DNA of 64,000 nt from the NCBI GenBank assembly GCA_000002435.2, contig CM018790.1; one strand, given 5' to 3'. Below are positions 1 to 10,371 of the stretch, piece after piece. A program made the position numbers and the translations under genes. The notes under the pieces were generated by a model, which made no database searches, had not been told where the DNA came from, and was given only the letters and a program-made list of their open reading frames with translations. How positions within the stretch are numbered: position 1 is the stretch's first letter; each line of letters starts with the position of its first letter. This stretch comes from Giardia intestinalis. Its lineage: Eukaryota.

Positions 1-2
1 AC

Positions 3-3000
3 TCTTTATCCAATACACTGTCTGAGCCACTTGATAACGTTAACATTAGGGAGCCTGCACCTAAACTAGGTCCTGAACTACACAACTCAGAACCAGAACC
101 AGATGCAAATGCAAATGCAGAATTAGAAGCAAGCAATCAACAGGCACATGCGACCAAGGTAGTGTATGATGCTCAAGGAGATGTTGTTGAGATTGAAGGG
201 CTGCCAGCAGATCTTTACCCAGAGCTCATTATAGACTCCTTGTTGCACAACGACGACGTTGCCTTCCCCCGCTTTTCTAGAGTCGATACTATTGAAGCCG
301 AGCGAGCAAATCTGCCCTCTTTTGGCATGCAGTATTCTTTTCTCGAGCTACTGGGGAAGACAGATGTCCTGTTGATCAAGGGCTCGACTGGCTCTGGAAA
401 ATCGACCCAGATACCTCAGTTTCTTCTAGAGGGTGGATACTCATCTCTTGCATATCCTTATATGATGGCTGGAGCTTCCTGTCTTAAGCCCCAAAGGGAC
501 GCGCGGTATGGCTATGGGGGAAAGATTGTTGTGACCCAGCCACGACGCATTGCAGCTATTGGTGTAAGCAGTCGCATTGCAGAGGAGCTTGGACAAGCTG
601 TTGGGGACACTGCAGGCTATGTTATCAAGCAAAACAGTCGTGTCGACAACGGCGGAAAAGACAGCACCAGAGTGGTATTTGTAACAGAGGGTGTTTTACT
701 CAAGATGATAGAGGCAGATTTTTTGGTGTCTGACACGTCTATCATCATACTGGACGAAGCCCATGAGCGCACCATTAACCTAGATCTGCTTATAGGATTA
801 TTAGGAAGGATATGTGCTGCCAGACGATCTCTCTTTAACAACTGGTTGGCGAAATATAAAGATTTAATTCTCAATCTAACTTCCCAGTACACTAACTTCT
901 GCTCTGAGCCTAACTCACAGAAATCTAGAAATGGAAGGGTGTTTGGGGACGTTGGAGGGGGAGATGCCCTGGCTGCACAGCGATATTATGAAAAGGATAG
1001 GGACGCAGAACAAGAAGAGCAGGATGAAGATGAAGATGAGGATGACGAAGGGGAGAATGAAGAAGACGAAGAAGATAGCGAAGATCCAGATACTAGTAAT
1101 GAATCTATATCATGTCGTGAGACAACTGACTTGTCAAAGCTTACATTCCAGCGCTCTCGGTCGTTCTTTCAAGCAGCATTCTCGGAAAAGGAGGACCTAT
1201 CGCTGCCTGAGTACTTTGACTCAAAAGAATATACCACCCTTTTGAAAGAGTTCGCTGTGCTGTGCCGTGATCCGCCTCCAGCAACGCCACTAAAACTTAT
1301 AATCATGTCTGCCACGCTCCATCAAAAGGAGCTTTTAGAAAACGATGCACTGTTTCATTGCAAACCGTTAGTATTCGAGATCCCTATGCGTACATATCCT
1401 GTTGCCATTCACTACGAAATTGCGACAGAGCCCAATTATGTGCAAGCTGCAATCGACAAGGCGATTACGATACACAAATACTATGATCCAGGGTCAATAC
1501 TCATATTCCTAAGTGGAAAGAGAGAAATAGAGAGGTGCATAGATGGCCTTAACAGTAACTTGCTCCATAAAGGCACGCACGTGGAGAAGAAACACAATGA
1601 TAAAGCGCTGCGTAAACACCTCCATGACAAGCGTGCGTACAGAGACACTTTTGATAATACCATATTCGACCCAGTACAAGATGTAAGTGATGACGACGGA
1701 GAAGAAGGATATGAGTCTAATCCTGTACTAAGAATGCTCCAGGACTACGCTAACGAGGTCAAGGGAGAAGCACGACGAAACGAGCTAGAGGCCGCAGACC
1801 GATCTGTAGAGCCTTCACAACCTCTAACGCAAAACAGCCCAGCGTTCACGACTAACGACGCCATCTTCAACACATATAACACCGTGCTAACTTCAAATAA
1901 GATATCCAGCACAGGTCAGCAACAGGATGAACAAGAGGTTGAGCAGTTGATAAAAGAGTTTAAGGAATGCGAGGCGCAAAGGCACACAGGAGTCGTCAAG
2001 GCTGCACCTCCAGAACCTATAATCTTGCCGCTCTATGGAACCCTTGATATTGTCGAACAGTCTCGAATATTCTCTAAAGAATACCAAGACAAGGCTAAGC
2101 ACCGTCTTATTATTGTGTCTACAAACGTGGCAGAAGCGTCAATCACTATCCCCAACATTCGATATGTAGTGGACGCTGGCAAGGCAAAGGAGAAACAAGA
2201 GTACAATGCAGTTACCGCCCTCACTGTGCAGTTCATTTCAAAGGCAAATGCGGACCAGCGTGCTGGACGAGCTGGGAGAACAGCGCCAGGTCACTGCTTC
2301 CGGCTGTATTCTCCTGGCTTGTTTCAACGAATGCACGACTTTCCTGTTCCAGAGATCCTGCGCTTGCCTATAACAGGGCTTATTCTTGCAATGCTGAAAC
2401 TAGGGGCGTCAGATGTTCGGTCCTTCCCGTTTGTGACCCACCCAGGACCTGACAGACTTGACAAGGCACTTGCAGAGCTCGTAGTGCTGGATGCTATTCG
2501 AGAAAGGTCGGGGACCACGACCCTTATCGATCTGTACACCGGATCCTTCATCTCTACGGATAAAGAGAGTGGCACTAACACAAAGACCACCAAAACAAAC
2601 TATGCTCTTTCAAAGTTGGGCAACTTAATGGCTGCAATTCCCCTTTGTCCGAGGATGAGCAAGCTAGTCGTCAAGTCAGTGTTGTACTTCCACAAACAGC
2701 CCACAGCCCACGGGTCCTCATTTCTCATATATGCCGTTCTTCTTGCTAGTGGCTACTACAGTCAGCTGTCCACGATTGCGCCCATTCGCTGGCCCGTCAC
2801 AAGCGGCAGTGGGGATGCCCTCTCAAAGCTATTCACCATCTGTGCTCTTCTTTGCTTCAAGGATAAGCACTCTGCGTCGCGCTTTTGTAAGGAGTACTGT
2901 CTGCGCTATGACGAAGCGCATCAGGTACTTACCACCGCCATACAGATCTTCAATATCATTAATATCCCCCCATTCGATGATCTTTTCAAACAAGTGTATG

Positions 3001-4148
3001 CGCAGGCTCCCAATAAGGAGGTGATAATGTCGACTATAAAGGTGACAACGCCGGCCACATTTACCCCGGAGCTTAGAATGGTCATCAATTGGCTTCTGAT
3101 GCAGTCCTTTCCAGACCAGCTTGCATTCAGAGAATCCACAGACAGCGGGAAATATATCTTTCAAGGTGTGTCGGCCCGTGAACTCCTGAAAACGCCTAGT
3201 GAATACAGGGACCTGCAAGCGGTCGACAAGATACAGGGGAGTAACCGGTTCAACTTGACAACCCAGCAGGTAGACTTGTTCTTACAGTATAAGCCTTACA
3301 CAAACACTGGGGCCCTTTCTCACACGTCAGACATCTATTGCTGTGCTGATTCCATCCAGTCACTGCCACCTTGTGTCTTGTACACATCGGCTAGAGTAGA
3401 ACTCTACGTCAATAAGACGCTAGAGATGTCTGCGACCAACATTGAAGAAATCAAGAAGGCCCTTCGTATCTCTGTCCACTTGGAGGGCGTTGTGGAGGTT
3501 AGCAAAGCACTCCTCTGCCAAACACAGGACTTTCTGATCAGTCCGTGCTTCACTATGATGGAGCAAACCAAGCAGCGCTACGACAGACAAAAAGACATGC
3601 TGGTTGGGGAGTCCATGCTGCATTATGTGGGACTACCGTTGGTGGATGGGAGTAGCGAAGAGCCAGCTTTCTCCATGGGGTCCGTTCTTGTCGGATCTTG
3701 TACAGAGCTCTATCCGGGACGAAAGTACATTGATGAGCAACTGGAGGCAAAGATGTCCCCATGCATCCTGAGTACACTACTAAGATCTATCTATCACAGG
3801 AGGTTCCTGGCTGCAATTCTGGCAGGAGATATACTACCAGATCTTAAGTGCATCAGCGAAAAGGTCTCTGTGGCAATGAGGGATCTTTCAAATCCCCGCT
3901 GTAGGAAGTCCTCTAGAGAACTGGATATTGCTCTCCTCAACATACAGGAGTGTGAAGCTTACTCCAGGACTGGAATCATAAAGTATTATGAGGCACGCTG
4001 CGCAGGCCTGGACCAAAAACAACAGGAAGAACTAATAGGAAATGACCGCCTAACGACGAGCATCTCCCGCTGCTACAGGGCTGACTATAGCAAGGCATTT
4101 GTAGCCATTTGGAAGAGAAATGTTCAATTTATATTAAATGAAACCTGA
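3..4148 (+). CDS. DEAH-box RNA helicase, DHX37/Dhr1-like; 5' end runs off the window
   Basis: Walker A GSTGSGKSTQIPQF, motif II ILDEAHERT, motif III IMSATL, motif VI QRAGRAGR. The KLIIMSATL...LF...YPVAIHY and LPLYGTL patterns resemble Dhr1/DHX37. The ORF track starts at GTG 162, but I found no stop in that frame back to nt 3, so the true N-terminus lies upstream of the window. Confidence 0.9.
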   Translation, partial: SLSNTLSEPLDNVNIREPAPKLGPELHNSEPEPDANANAELEASNQQAHATKVVYDAQGDVVEIEGLPADLYPELIIDSLLHNDDVAFPRFSRVDTIEAERANLPSFGMQYSFLELLGKTDVLLIKGSTGSGKSTQIPQFLLEGGYSSLAYPYMMAGASCLKPQRDARYGYGGKIVVTQPRRIAAIGVSSRIAEELGQAVGDTAGYVIKQNSRVDNGGKDSTRVVFVTEGVLLKMIEADFLVSDTSIIILDEAHERTINLDLLIGLLGRICAARRSLFNNWLAKYKDLILNLTSQYTNFCSEPNSQKSRNGRVFGDVGGGDALAAQRYYEKDRDAEQEEQDEDEDEDDEGENEEDEEDSEDPDTSNESISCRETTDLSKLTFQRSRSFFQAAFSEKEDLSLPEYFDSKEYTTLLKEFAVLCRDPPPATPLKLIIMSATLHQKELLENDALFHCKPLVFEIPMRTYPVAIHYEIATEPNYVQAAIDKAITIHKYYDPGSILIFLSGKREIERCIDGLNSNLLHKGTHVEKKHNDKALRKHLHDKRAYRDTFDNTIFDPVQDVSDDDGEEGYESNPVLRMLQDYANEVKGEARRNELEAADRSVEPSQPLTQNSPAFTTNDAIFNTYNTVLTSNKISSTGQQQDEQEVEQLIKEFKECEAQRHTGVVKAAPPEPIILPLYGTLDIVEQSRIFSKEYQDKAKHRLIIVSTNVAEASITIPNIRYVVDAGKAKEKQEYNAVTALTVQFISKANADQRAGRAGRTAPGHCFRLYSPGLFQRMHDFPVPEILRLPITGLILAMLKLGASDVRSFPFVTHPGPDRLDKALAELVVLDAIRERSGTTTLIDLYTGSFISTDKESGTNTKTTKTNYALSKLGNLMAAIPLCPRMSKLVVKSVLYFHKQPTAHGSSFLIYAVLLASGYYSQLSTIAPIRWPVTSGSGDALSKLFTICALLCFKDKHSASRFCKEYCLRYDEAHQVLTTAIQIFNIINIPPFDDLFKQVYAQAPNKEVIMSTIKVTTPATFTPELRMVINWLLMQSFPDQLAFRESTDSGKYIFQGVSARELLKTPSEYRDLQAVDKIQGSNRFNLTTQQVDLFLQYKPYTNTGALSHTSDIYCCADSIQSLPPCVLYTSARVELYVNKTLEMSATNIEEIKKALRISVHLEGVVEVSKALLCQTQDFLISPCFTMMEQTKQRYDRQKDMLVGESMLHYVGLPLVDGSSEEPAFSMGSVLVGSCTELYPGRKYIDEQLEAKMSPCILSTLLRSIYHRRFLAAILAGDILPDLKCISEKVSVAMRDLSNPRCRKSSRELDIALLNIQECEAYSRTGIIKYYEARCAGLDQKQQEELIGNDRLTTSISRCYRADYSKAFVAIWKRNVQFILNET

Positions 4149-4157
4149 GCGAATTAA

Positions 4158-4472
4158 ATGTTACCGCAGGCACAGGGGAACACGAATGAGATAAGCCTCA
4201 GAGCTCCAGAAGGCGGCCGTAACATGGTCCTAGCTAAGCCTGACTTCAGTAATGCGCCGCAGACTGACGTGAAAAACCGTATAAGGTGTTTCCTAGATCG
4301 TGCTCGTGCTCTTCCAGAGTGTGCACCCAACGCTTCGGAGCCTATTGTGTTGGACAGTAACAGTGATTATTCGGGCGGTGAGCATGATGGGTCCCTTGGA
4401 GTGATCATGGATGTAATAGAAATAGGTCCCGCAGAATCACGGGAGAGGATTGAAGGCGGAGAAGCTACATGA
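4158..4472 (+). CDS. small hypothetical protein (104 aa), uncertain
   Basis: ATG preceded by A/T-rich gaattaaATG, 9 nt after the helicase stop. It fills an otherwise unusually long 316-bp convergent spacer and overlaps the 3' end of the HECT gene by 8 nt. No recognisable domain. Confidence 0.3.
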   Translation: MLPQAQGNTNEISLRAPEGGRNMVLAKPDFSNAPQTDVKNRIRCFLDRARALPECAPNASEPIVLDSNSDYSGGEHDGSLGVIMDVIEIGPAESRERIEGGEAT

Positions 4473-7400
4473 GCCCAAAGCCTTCGCAGCACTCGATGGC
4501 GCAGAGAAGCCTGTTCATGAGTGTTTCCTTTGAGCTGTAAGAAGGCAGACAAAGTATGTTAAAACAGGTATGGGCACCAGGCAATCGAGAGTCATCATCT
4601 CCATTTGGAATTATTTTAAGTCCTATGTTCTGCACGCCGCCAGCTGGCACCCTGTCGGAGCCGGTGATGAAGCGAAGGAGCCGCCGCTGCTGCTCTTGAG
4701 TCAGCTCTGCAACAATCCTCCAGAAGTTCTTTATATTAGGATGAGAGCTAGAATATGGGTTCTCGTAAGCTGTGAACGGCTCTAGAAGAGAGAAGTTCAG
4801 GTCTACTTCTCCGGTCAATGCCAGGTCCAGGTCAGACGCTGTGAACATGGCTAACGAGCGTGCCTTAGCCATACTAAGGAAGCCCGATCGGATGAATTCA
4901 AATATCTTTTTATTATATATCGTTGCAATTTGTTTGAGACGAATAAATAATGGTAAGGTTCGCAGATTGACCGGCAAAAGCTCTATATCATAAGGGGCTG
5001 TCAAGATATGGTGTCTATCTTTGACCAGCTCCTTAAGCTGCCACAGGATAGAGTTGGGAGGAAAACTATTAGAACAGAGAAAATCGCCGAAGTGTGAGAT
5101 TGTACGAACGCTGACAGTCCGGTTCATGGATACCAGTTCTTCGCTGACGATTTCTGTTAAGATGGCTCCGAGACCGACAAAAGTGAGAATAGGGTCACTA
5201 GACTCTTGTAAATTGACAGTCAACTGTGAGTCTTCGTTGTGAGCGTGTTTCCAGAGATTAGTGAGCGAGAAATACAGCTCCTCATCAACATCGTGCAAAT
5301 CCTCTCGTGTAATTACTGTGTAAGAGTGCCCTAGTAAAAGCTTGAAGAAGATAGGAGGAAATATTGAGGAAACGGTAGCGCCACTCACAAGCGAGATCCC
5401 CAACATGGCCCCAAGCTGGCAAAAGAGATTACGTAGATCATAGAGATAGCGTTCCTGAGTTGGTGACAGTGCATACTTCTCCGTAGTAAGAAAGTATGGG
5501 TCGTGGTTGGTACAATCTCTGATGCGCTGCCAATTAATATAATAGTATTGTGTCTCTGAATTAAACGTGAAATAGCCCTTGTGGTCAGTAATGAATGCTG
5601 GGAGCAAGTCATTGAATAGCTCTCGAGACGGGCCGCCAAAGTCTACGGCCGCCTCTCCCGAGAACTGAACTCTGATGGGTCTTCTAAGCAGAAGCCGGTG
5701 GACCGGGGAGAGCCACTCGTAAGATAGTTCTTCAGCTGCAAAGGACATGAAATACGCCAGGAAGTCTCCTGCAAGGGTCTTCCTCTCAGCGTTGATGCAG
5801 AGGAACGGGGATTGCCTCGAGCAGCGAATCATATACCCCAGTTCATACAACAAGATATTCAGCTTCGTCTGAGGATTCAGTAGAAACGGATATGAGCAGA
5901 AGGTGAAGAGTTTGGAAATAGCATGCTTATTTGTTTCCACTTCGCCGACTTTACCTACTATATTTTGATCAGCGTGTCTCGGTATGGCCAAGTGCAGCAT
6001 GTCTAGCATTCTTTCGTGGTTAGAATTGTAGATAGATGCAACAGTATCCGTAGTTGCGGTATTGCGAGGTACACTGATAATCGATCCTTCCACCAGACGA
6101 AAGGAACTTGTTTTGCGCTGAACAGGAGCGCTCGGCTTACGTAGCTTGTAGTAGCATCTAGGGCCTAAATATTGCTGCAGACGGGAAATCTCATATCCCA
6201 ACAGCTGGTCTAGAAGAGCTTCATCTAGGTCGAGGCTCGCAGTGACTATGTCCTCGTTGACATCCTGCAACGCTGTTCTTAACTCTTGAGGTATCAAGCT
6301 TTCTAATTGCAAATAAGCTTTGCTGGCCCTCAAAAAGTAGTTGTCTGGGTCGAACAATATTGCAAGGCATTGAGCATCGATTCTCCAATCGTAGGACGGT
6401 GATGATAGGAACTTATTGTGGAAGAGATCATTTGGAATAATTGGAACCATGTCCAGGCGCTGCACATCATCAGTAGCTCCTGCTAAGAATATTGTTTGCT
6501 GCAAGTTAGGTGGTAGAAGAAAAGATAGTGCGTCTGCTATAGATCTGAGATTACCATCGTTTAGGCACTGATGCTGTTGAGATATCCGTTCATAGATTTG
6601 TGGAGAGAGTTGGTTGTAGTTCAAGAGGCTCTTCAGTTGATTAGCTATTTCAGAATTAGCCAGTTGTGGAGTGGAATAACTGATTTCGAACAGCACCTGC
6701 GGTGCGATAAATGGAAACGTATAGCTTGTGAAGTTGTTGGACACGTAGAGTAACCTAGAAAGCTCACAAAGAGAACTCAGTGTGTGGTTAAAGTCCAGGA
6801 TGTCCACGAGAGTAAGCCTGTTGACATCATACGTATACTTTGACTGAGAATTCTCAGACCAAAATATCGGATCGTTAATCGGATAAACGATGCAGTGCTC
6901 CGCTCCAATTATTCTAGTGAACTGCCTAGGCTGGTCAAAACTATACACGTGGGCATTCCTGATAGGAGCACTGGGCTTTTGTTGAAGAATTCTTTCTAAG
7001 GTATTATTAATTGCAGCATTAGATAGGCGAACTAATGTGGTCAGTATGTGTACTGAAGTGTCTAGAGGAAGCGTGTTAAGAAAGGCACGCATCTTAATGC
7101 AAAGACGTAGACGTATGCCTGTATTTTCTTGCAGCGCTAAAAGGACGCTAGCTATTGAGTCTAAAAGGTGTGAACTAAGATTGAAGTAGCGTTCTGTCGA
7201 GAAGAGAAGCAGAAGAAGCATAAAAACATGCGCATCGGAACAGAAAAGAGACGGCTTGACGGCAATTGTTGCGAGAGCAGATTTGAAAAGGTCACCAAGC
7301 TTATTCATGAAGGCCAGTATGGGGAGCGGATCCTCACACTTATCATACTGCAAAAGAATTATCTCTTGAAAGAGTGTATAATTAAGATAGGCGTCGTGGA

Positions 7401-7941
7401 ACGTGGCGCAATTGTCCAGCAAAAAGTGCACGACTCCATCAGGACTGCCGCATCCGTGACACAGAGAAGTAACCAGATTAGCTAGCGCATCAAGGCTAAA
7501 AAACCTTCCCAGCACTTGCTTGTTATATGTCAAGAGCTTAGGCATATATTGCTCTAGAAATGCCCTATTAGAAGAGGACGGGTCCTGGAAGTTAACATGC
7601 CAAATAAGATGATTGAGCGGCCTGGCTGAATAGACGGTTGCAGAGAAGATGTCTGGATCGTCAAGATTGCGGACAACATGCATGACTCCTCTTTGCCACA
7701 TAAGCAGAATATGGCGGATAGACGGCTTGCATATGATGGAAGAACCGTGCGACCCAAGAAGCTCCTTCGCCAGATGCACTGTATCTTGAGGTGTCCACCC
7801 TTCTCCTCTGTGTCCACCATAGCTAAATCCAGAGGATGAAGCGCAATAGGAGTTGCTGCACTCTGCACTGCCACAGCCCTTCAGCAGCTGGACAGACAGG
7901 ATCGCCACCTCCATCGACGTAGGGGTGTGCTTGGCTTTCAT
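4465..7941 (-). CDS. HECT-domain E3 ubiquitin ligase with N-terminal AZUL-like zinc finger (UBE3A/E6AP-like)
   Basis: C-terminal HECT signature LPGAHTCFNILCLPSYSSKETL...EGFGLM with the catalytic Cys. N-terminal LKGCGSAECSNSYCASS resembles the UBE3A AZUL motif (GCGNEACTNEFCAS). ATG start confirmed at 7941-7939. Confidence 0.9.
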   Translation of the reverse strand: MKAKHTPTSMEVAILSVQLLKGCGSAECSNSYCASSSGFSYGGHRGEGWTPQDTVHLAKELLGSHGSSIICKPSIRHILLMWQRGVMHVVRNLDDPDIFSATVYSARPLNHLIWHVNFQDPSSSNRAFLEQYMPKLLTYNKQVLGRFFSLDALANLVTSLCHGCGSPDGVVHFLLDNCATFHDAYLNYTLFQEIILLQYDKCEDPLPILAFMNKLGDLFKSALATIAVKPSLFCSDAHVFMLLLLLFSTERYFNLSSHLLDSIASVLLALQENTGIRLRLCIKMRAFLNTLPLDTSVHILTTLVRLSNAAINNTLERILQQKPSAPIRNAHVYSFDQPRQFTRIIGAEHCIVYPINDPIFWSENSQSKYTYDVNRLTLVDILDFNHTLSSLCELSRLLYVSNNFTSYTFPFIAPQVLFEISYSTPQLANSEIANQLKSLLNYNQLSPQIYERISQQHQCLNDGNLRSIADALSFLLPPNLQQTIFLAGATDDVQRLDMVPIIPNDLFHNKFLSSPSYDWRIDAQCLAILFDPDNYFLRASKAYLQLESLIPQELRTALQDVNEDIVTASLDLDEALLDQLLGYEISRLQQYLGPRCYYKLRKPSAPVQRKTSSFRLVEGSIISVPRNTATTDTVASIYNSNHERMLDMLHLAIPRHADQNIVGKVGEVETNKHAISKLFTFCSYPFLLNPQTKLNILLYELGYMIRCSRQSPFLCINAERKTLAGDFLAYFMSFAAEELSYEWLSPVHRLLLRRPIRVQFSGEAAVDFGGPSRELFNDLLPAFITDHKGYFTFNSETQYYYINWQRIRDCTNHDPYFLTTEKYALSPTQERYLYDLRNLFCQLGAMLGISLVSGATVSSIFPPIFFKLLLGHSYTVITREDLHDVDEELYFSLTNLWKHAHNEDSQLTVNLQESSDPILTFVGLGAILTEIVSEELVSMNRTVSVRTISHFGDFLCSNSFPPNSILWQLKELVKDRHHILTAPYDIELLPVNLRTLPLFIRLKQIATIYNKKIFEFIRSGFLSMAKARSLAMFTASDLDLALTGEVDLNFSLLEPFTAYENPYSSSHPNIKNFWRIVAELTQEQQRRLLRFITGSDRVPAGGVQNIGLKIIPNGDDDSRLPGAHTCFNILCLPSYSSKETLMNRLLCAIECCEGFGLM

Positions 7942-8033
7942 GCGCAGATTATTTTTTGAAATTGCTCGTGATCTATTACATAGTTACTGCGGATTGCTCG
8001 GGAGTACAAAAGATTTAAACTGCCAGAAAGTGT

Positions 8034-10298
8034 TTACGTTACATCATGTTCCTTCTGCTCAAGAAATCCATCAAGTAGAATGAGCATAGGTTTGAACACG
8101 TACTCAGACTCTTTCTTTAGAGACGCTAGCTCATTATTCTGAAGAGGCTTGGCTGAGTACAGTGCATCTAGAAAGACAGCCATCAAAACCAAAAGAGGCA
8201 CAAGCGCCCAGATACACACCATGGTTAGAGTGTTAGTTGCTAGCCGCTGCAAGCCCAGCACTCCTATCTCATATAAAAGGACACAGATTGCCATCTCCAA
8301 AGCGCTGCCATCAAACCGTCCACCCTCAAAGATCCTGTGCCGTTCTAGATGGTGTACGTGACAGCGTGCATACAGAAAATCGGCACCAAAGAGCTGTGCG
8401 GCAGAGGCCATCATAAAGCAGAGCAGAATGGCCAGCGTGATCATAAGAATGCGAAGAAGAGTAAGAAACGCGTTTTTGCGCTTAATCCGCCGCACTGCCC
8501 GGATATTATATTCCAGCCGCCTTAGAATGCTAACGATCACTGCGTGGCAATCCCTGAGAATACGTTCGTTGTCAACAAAAATGGATTGCTCAAGGGACCA
8601 ACAGAGCTCATCGGTAGATGCTAAGAGCTCACCGATTCGGCTGGTAGAGGCACAACTTTGGTGTAAGCCGTTTCCAAGACCAACCTCTGAGCTTGCTGGG
8701 CCCTGAGAAATGATAGAGTGAGCATCATAAGTATTTGGGTTTACGACCCGGAGCATGGTGCCGCATTGGCTAATGAGCTTTCCGGCCATTGCGTTAACGA
8801 TTGCTTGTGAAGCAGCAAGGGTCTTAACTACATTTGACTGCTGCAGCGAATCAGCTAGTGTATAGTTCTGCTGCTGAGAGGGTGCCACTGACGAAGAAAG
8901 GAACTTATCCTGCTTGTCTGCAGATAAGGTCAAAGTAGAGATGCCCAAATGTGTTGGCTCCTGCGAGAGCTGTGGCAGTGCACCTGTTTCTACTTCGCTA
9001 GCTCCATACTGTTGCGGTCTGTTGCTTAGAGTAGCACTCAATTTAGTGACTTCAAGAACTATGTTTGACGTGTCGACAAGCGCTCTTGTTTGCTCATTAA
9101 GACATCTTATAGTATCGCATATATCTTGTTTTAGCCTCGTCGTTTTAGCCTGCTGGTTTGCCATTTTTGCATTGCCATAATGGGGGATACAGACTAGATT
9201 CATTTTGAAACGTCTGTATGGGGAGAGCAATATGAGTGACGAGGCGTACTCCTGAATGGCGTCAATACACGATTGTTTATCTGTAAGACGATCACACTTA
9301 GTAATTAGAATAGTTGTTTTTCCAAAAAGCTCATTTGATGAACTGATGTAGTGTAGTAGCCTTCCATTTTCCACAGAAAAGCCTTCGGTTTTTGTATCTA
9401 TACCACAGCTTGTTGTAAAAAGGATCTTATCAACTTGATGAAAGAGCGCCTTGATTGTGTTTTCAAACACTCGAGTTTCTGCCTTAGAAAAAAGCGAGCT
9501 CGGCTTGGCTTGTTTGCCTCGCTTGGACAGGTTGCTCAGAGAGCTGAGAATTCCTTTTGAAGTCGACGACTCTATCACGTAGCGGTAGAAAAATGGTACT
9601 TCGATGAAAATAAAGGGACACGTAGGCCCCATTAACTGGTCAGATGCTCCATGAAGTATGTTGTTACTCTGTGGTAAATGTGAGACAGACTTTTCTAACT
9701 TATCTATCGAATTATAGAGGGTAGCAGAATTAGACGAGACATCTTTATATCTAGAAGCCGAAGTAGATGAAGAATCACGTCCCCTTGGCAGCTGCTTAGT
9801 GCCCTCAGCAGTCGACTTAGTAGAGTAGTACATGGATTTCCCGGTGGGGGAGAGGTTCGCGTTGTGAAACCCACTTTGTAATTGGCTCTGGTCTGTTGAA
9901 AGCACCGATCCAGGAGTCTGCTTACTATATGAATTAAAAGCGCTGCAACGAATATGCGAGCCTGGGAATCCGTTTTCACGAAAGCAAGCATGGATGGATG
10001 GCAGTGTGTCTGCAAGACTGTCTGTAAAATAGGCAACATCGTTGACGCAAGGCACGTATATATTGATGCACATTCCCTCTGAGCGAAGCCTTGATCCGGT
10101 GATGTGACTTATAAGCGACGATTTTCCGCTGTAGTCCTCGCCAAGAACCAAAATCACTGGTCGTGGATTGGGAGCCTTAAAGGGGGTTGTAATGCGAAGT
10201 CTTTGACCAGCTGAGATTATGTGATGTACATATAGGTCTGAGATGGCTGCTCGTGTTTGCAAAGCCACATCTAAGCCTTGATCTGTATTAGAGATCAT
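8034..10298 (-). CDS. P-loop NTPase/GTPase-like membrane protein (dynamin/EHD-superfamily-like), hypothetical
   Basis: Walker A LVLGEDYSGKSSLISHITG and a TKCD (N/TKxD-like) G4 motif. Three hydrophobic helices near the C-terminus (LILMITLAILLCFMMASAA, ICVLLYEIGVLGL, VCIWALVPLLVLMAVFL). ATG start confirmed. Confidence 0.75.
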   Translation of the reverse strand: MISNTDQGLDVALQTRAAISDLYVHHIISAGQRLRITTPFKAPNPRPVILVLGEDYSGKSSLISHITGSRLRSEGMCINIYVPCVNDVAYFTDSLADTLPSIHACFRENGFPGSHIRCSAFNSYSKQTPGSVLSTDQSQLQSGFHNANLSPTGKSMYYSTKSTAEGTKQLPRGRDSSSTSASRYKDVSSNSATLYNSIDKLEKSVSHLPQSNNILHGASDQLMGPTCPFIFIEVPFFYRYVIESSTSKGILSSLSNLSKRGKQAKPSSLFSKAETRVFENTIKALFHQVDKILFTTSCGIDTKTEGFSVENGRLLHYISSSNELFGKTTILITKCDRLTDKQSCIDAIQEYASSLILLSPYRRFKMNLVCIPHYGNAKMANQQAKTTRLKQDICDTIRCLNEQTRALVDTSNIVLEVTKLSATLSNRPQQYGASEVETGALPQLSQEPTHLGISTLTLSADKQDKFLSSSVAPSQQQNYTLADSLQQSNVVKTLAASQAIVNAMAGKLISQCGTMLRVVNPNTYDAHSIISQGPASSEVGLGNGLHQSCASTSRIGELLASTDELCWSLEQSIFVDNERILRDCHAVIVSILRRLEYNIRAVRRIKRKNAFLTLLRILMITLAILLCFMMASAAQLFGADFLYARCHVHHLERHRIFEGGRFDGSALEMAICVLLYEIGVLGLQRLATNTLTMVCIWALVPLLVLMAVFLDALYSAKPLQNNELASLKKESEYVFKPMLILLDGFLEQKEHDVT

Positions 10299-10371
10299 CT
10301 AGCTTTTATTTCTCATTCACTGGTTAATTTCGAGCTAAGTTCCACCCGTGCAGCGGACCAGCCCTTCCCGC

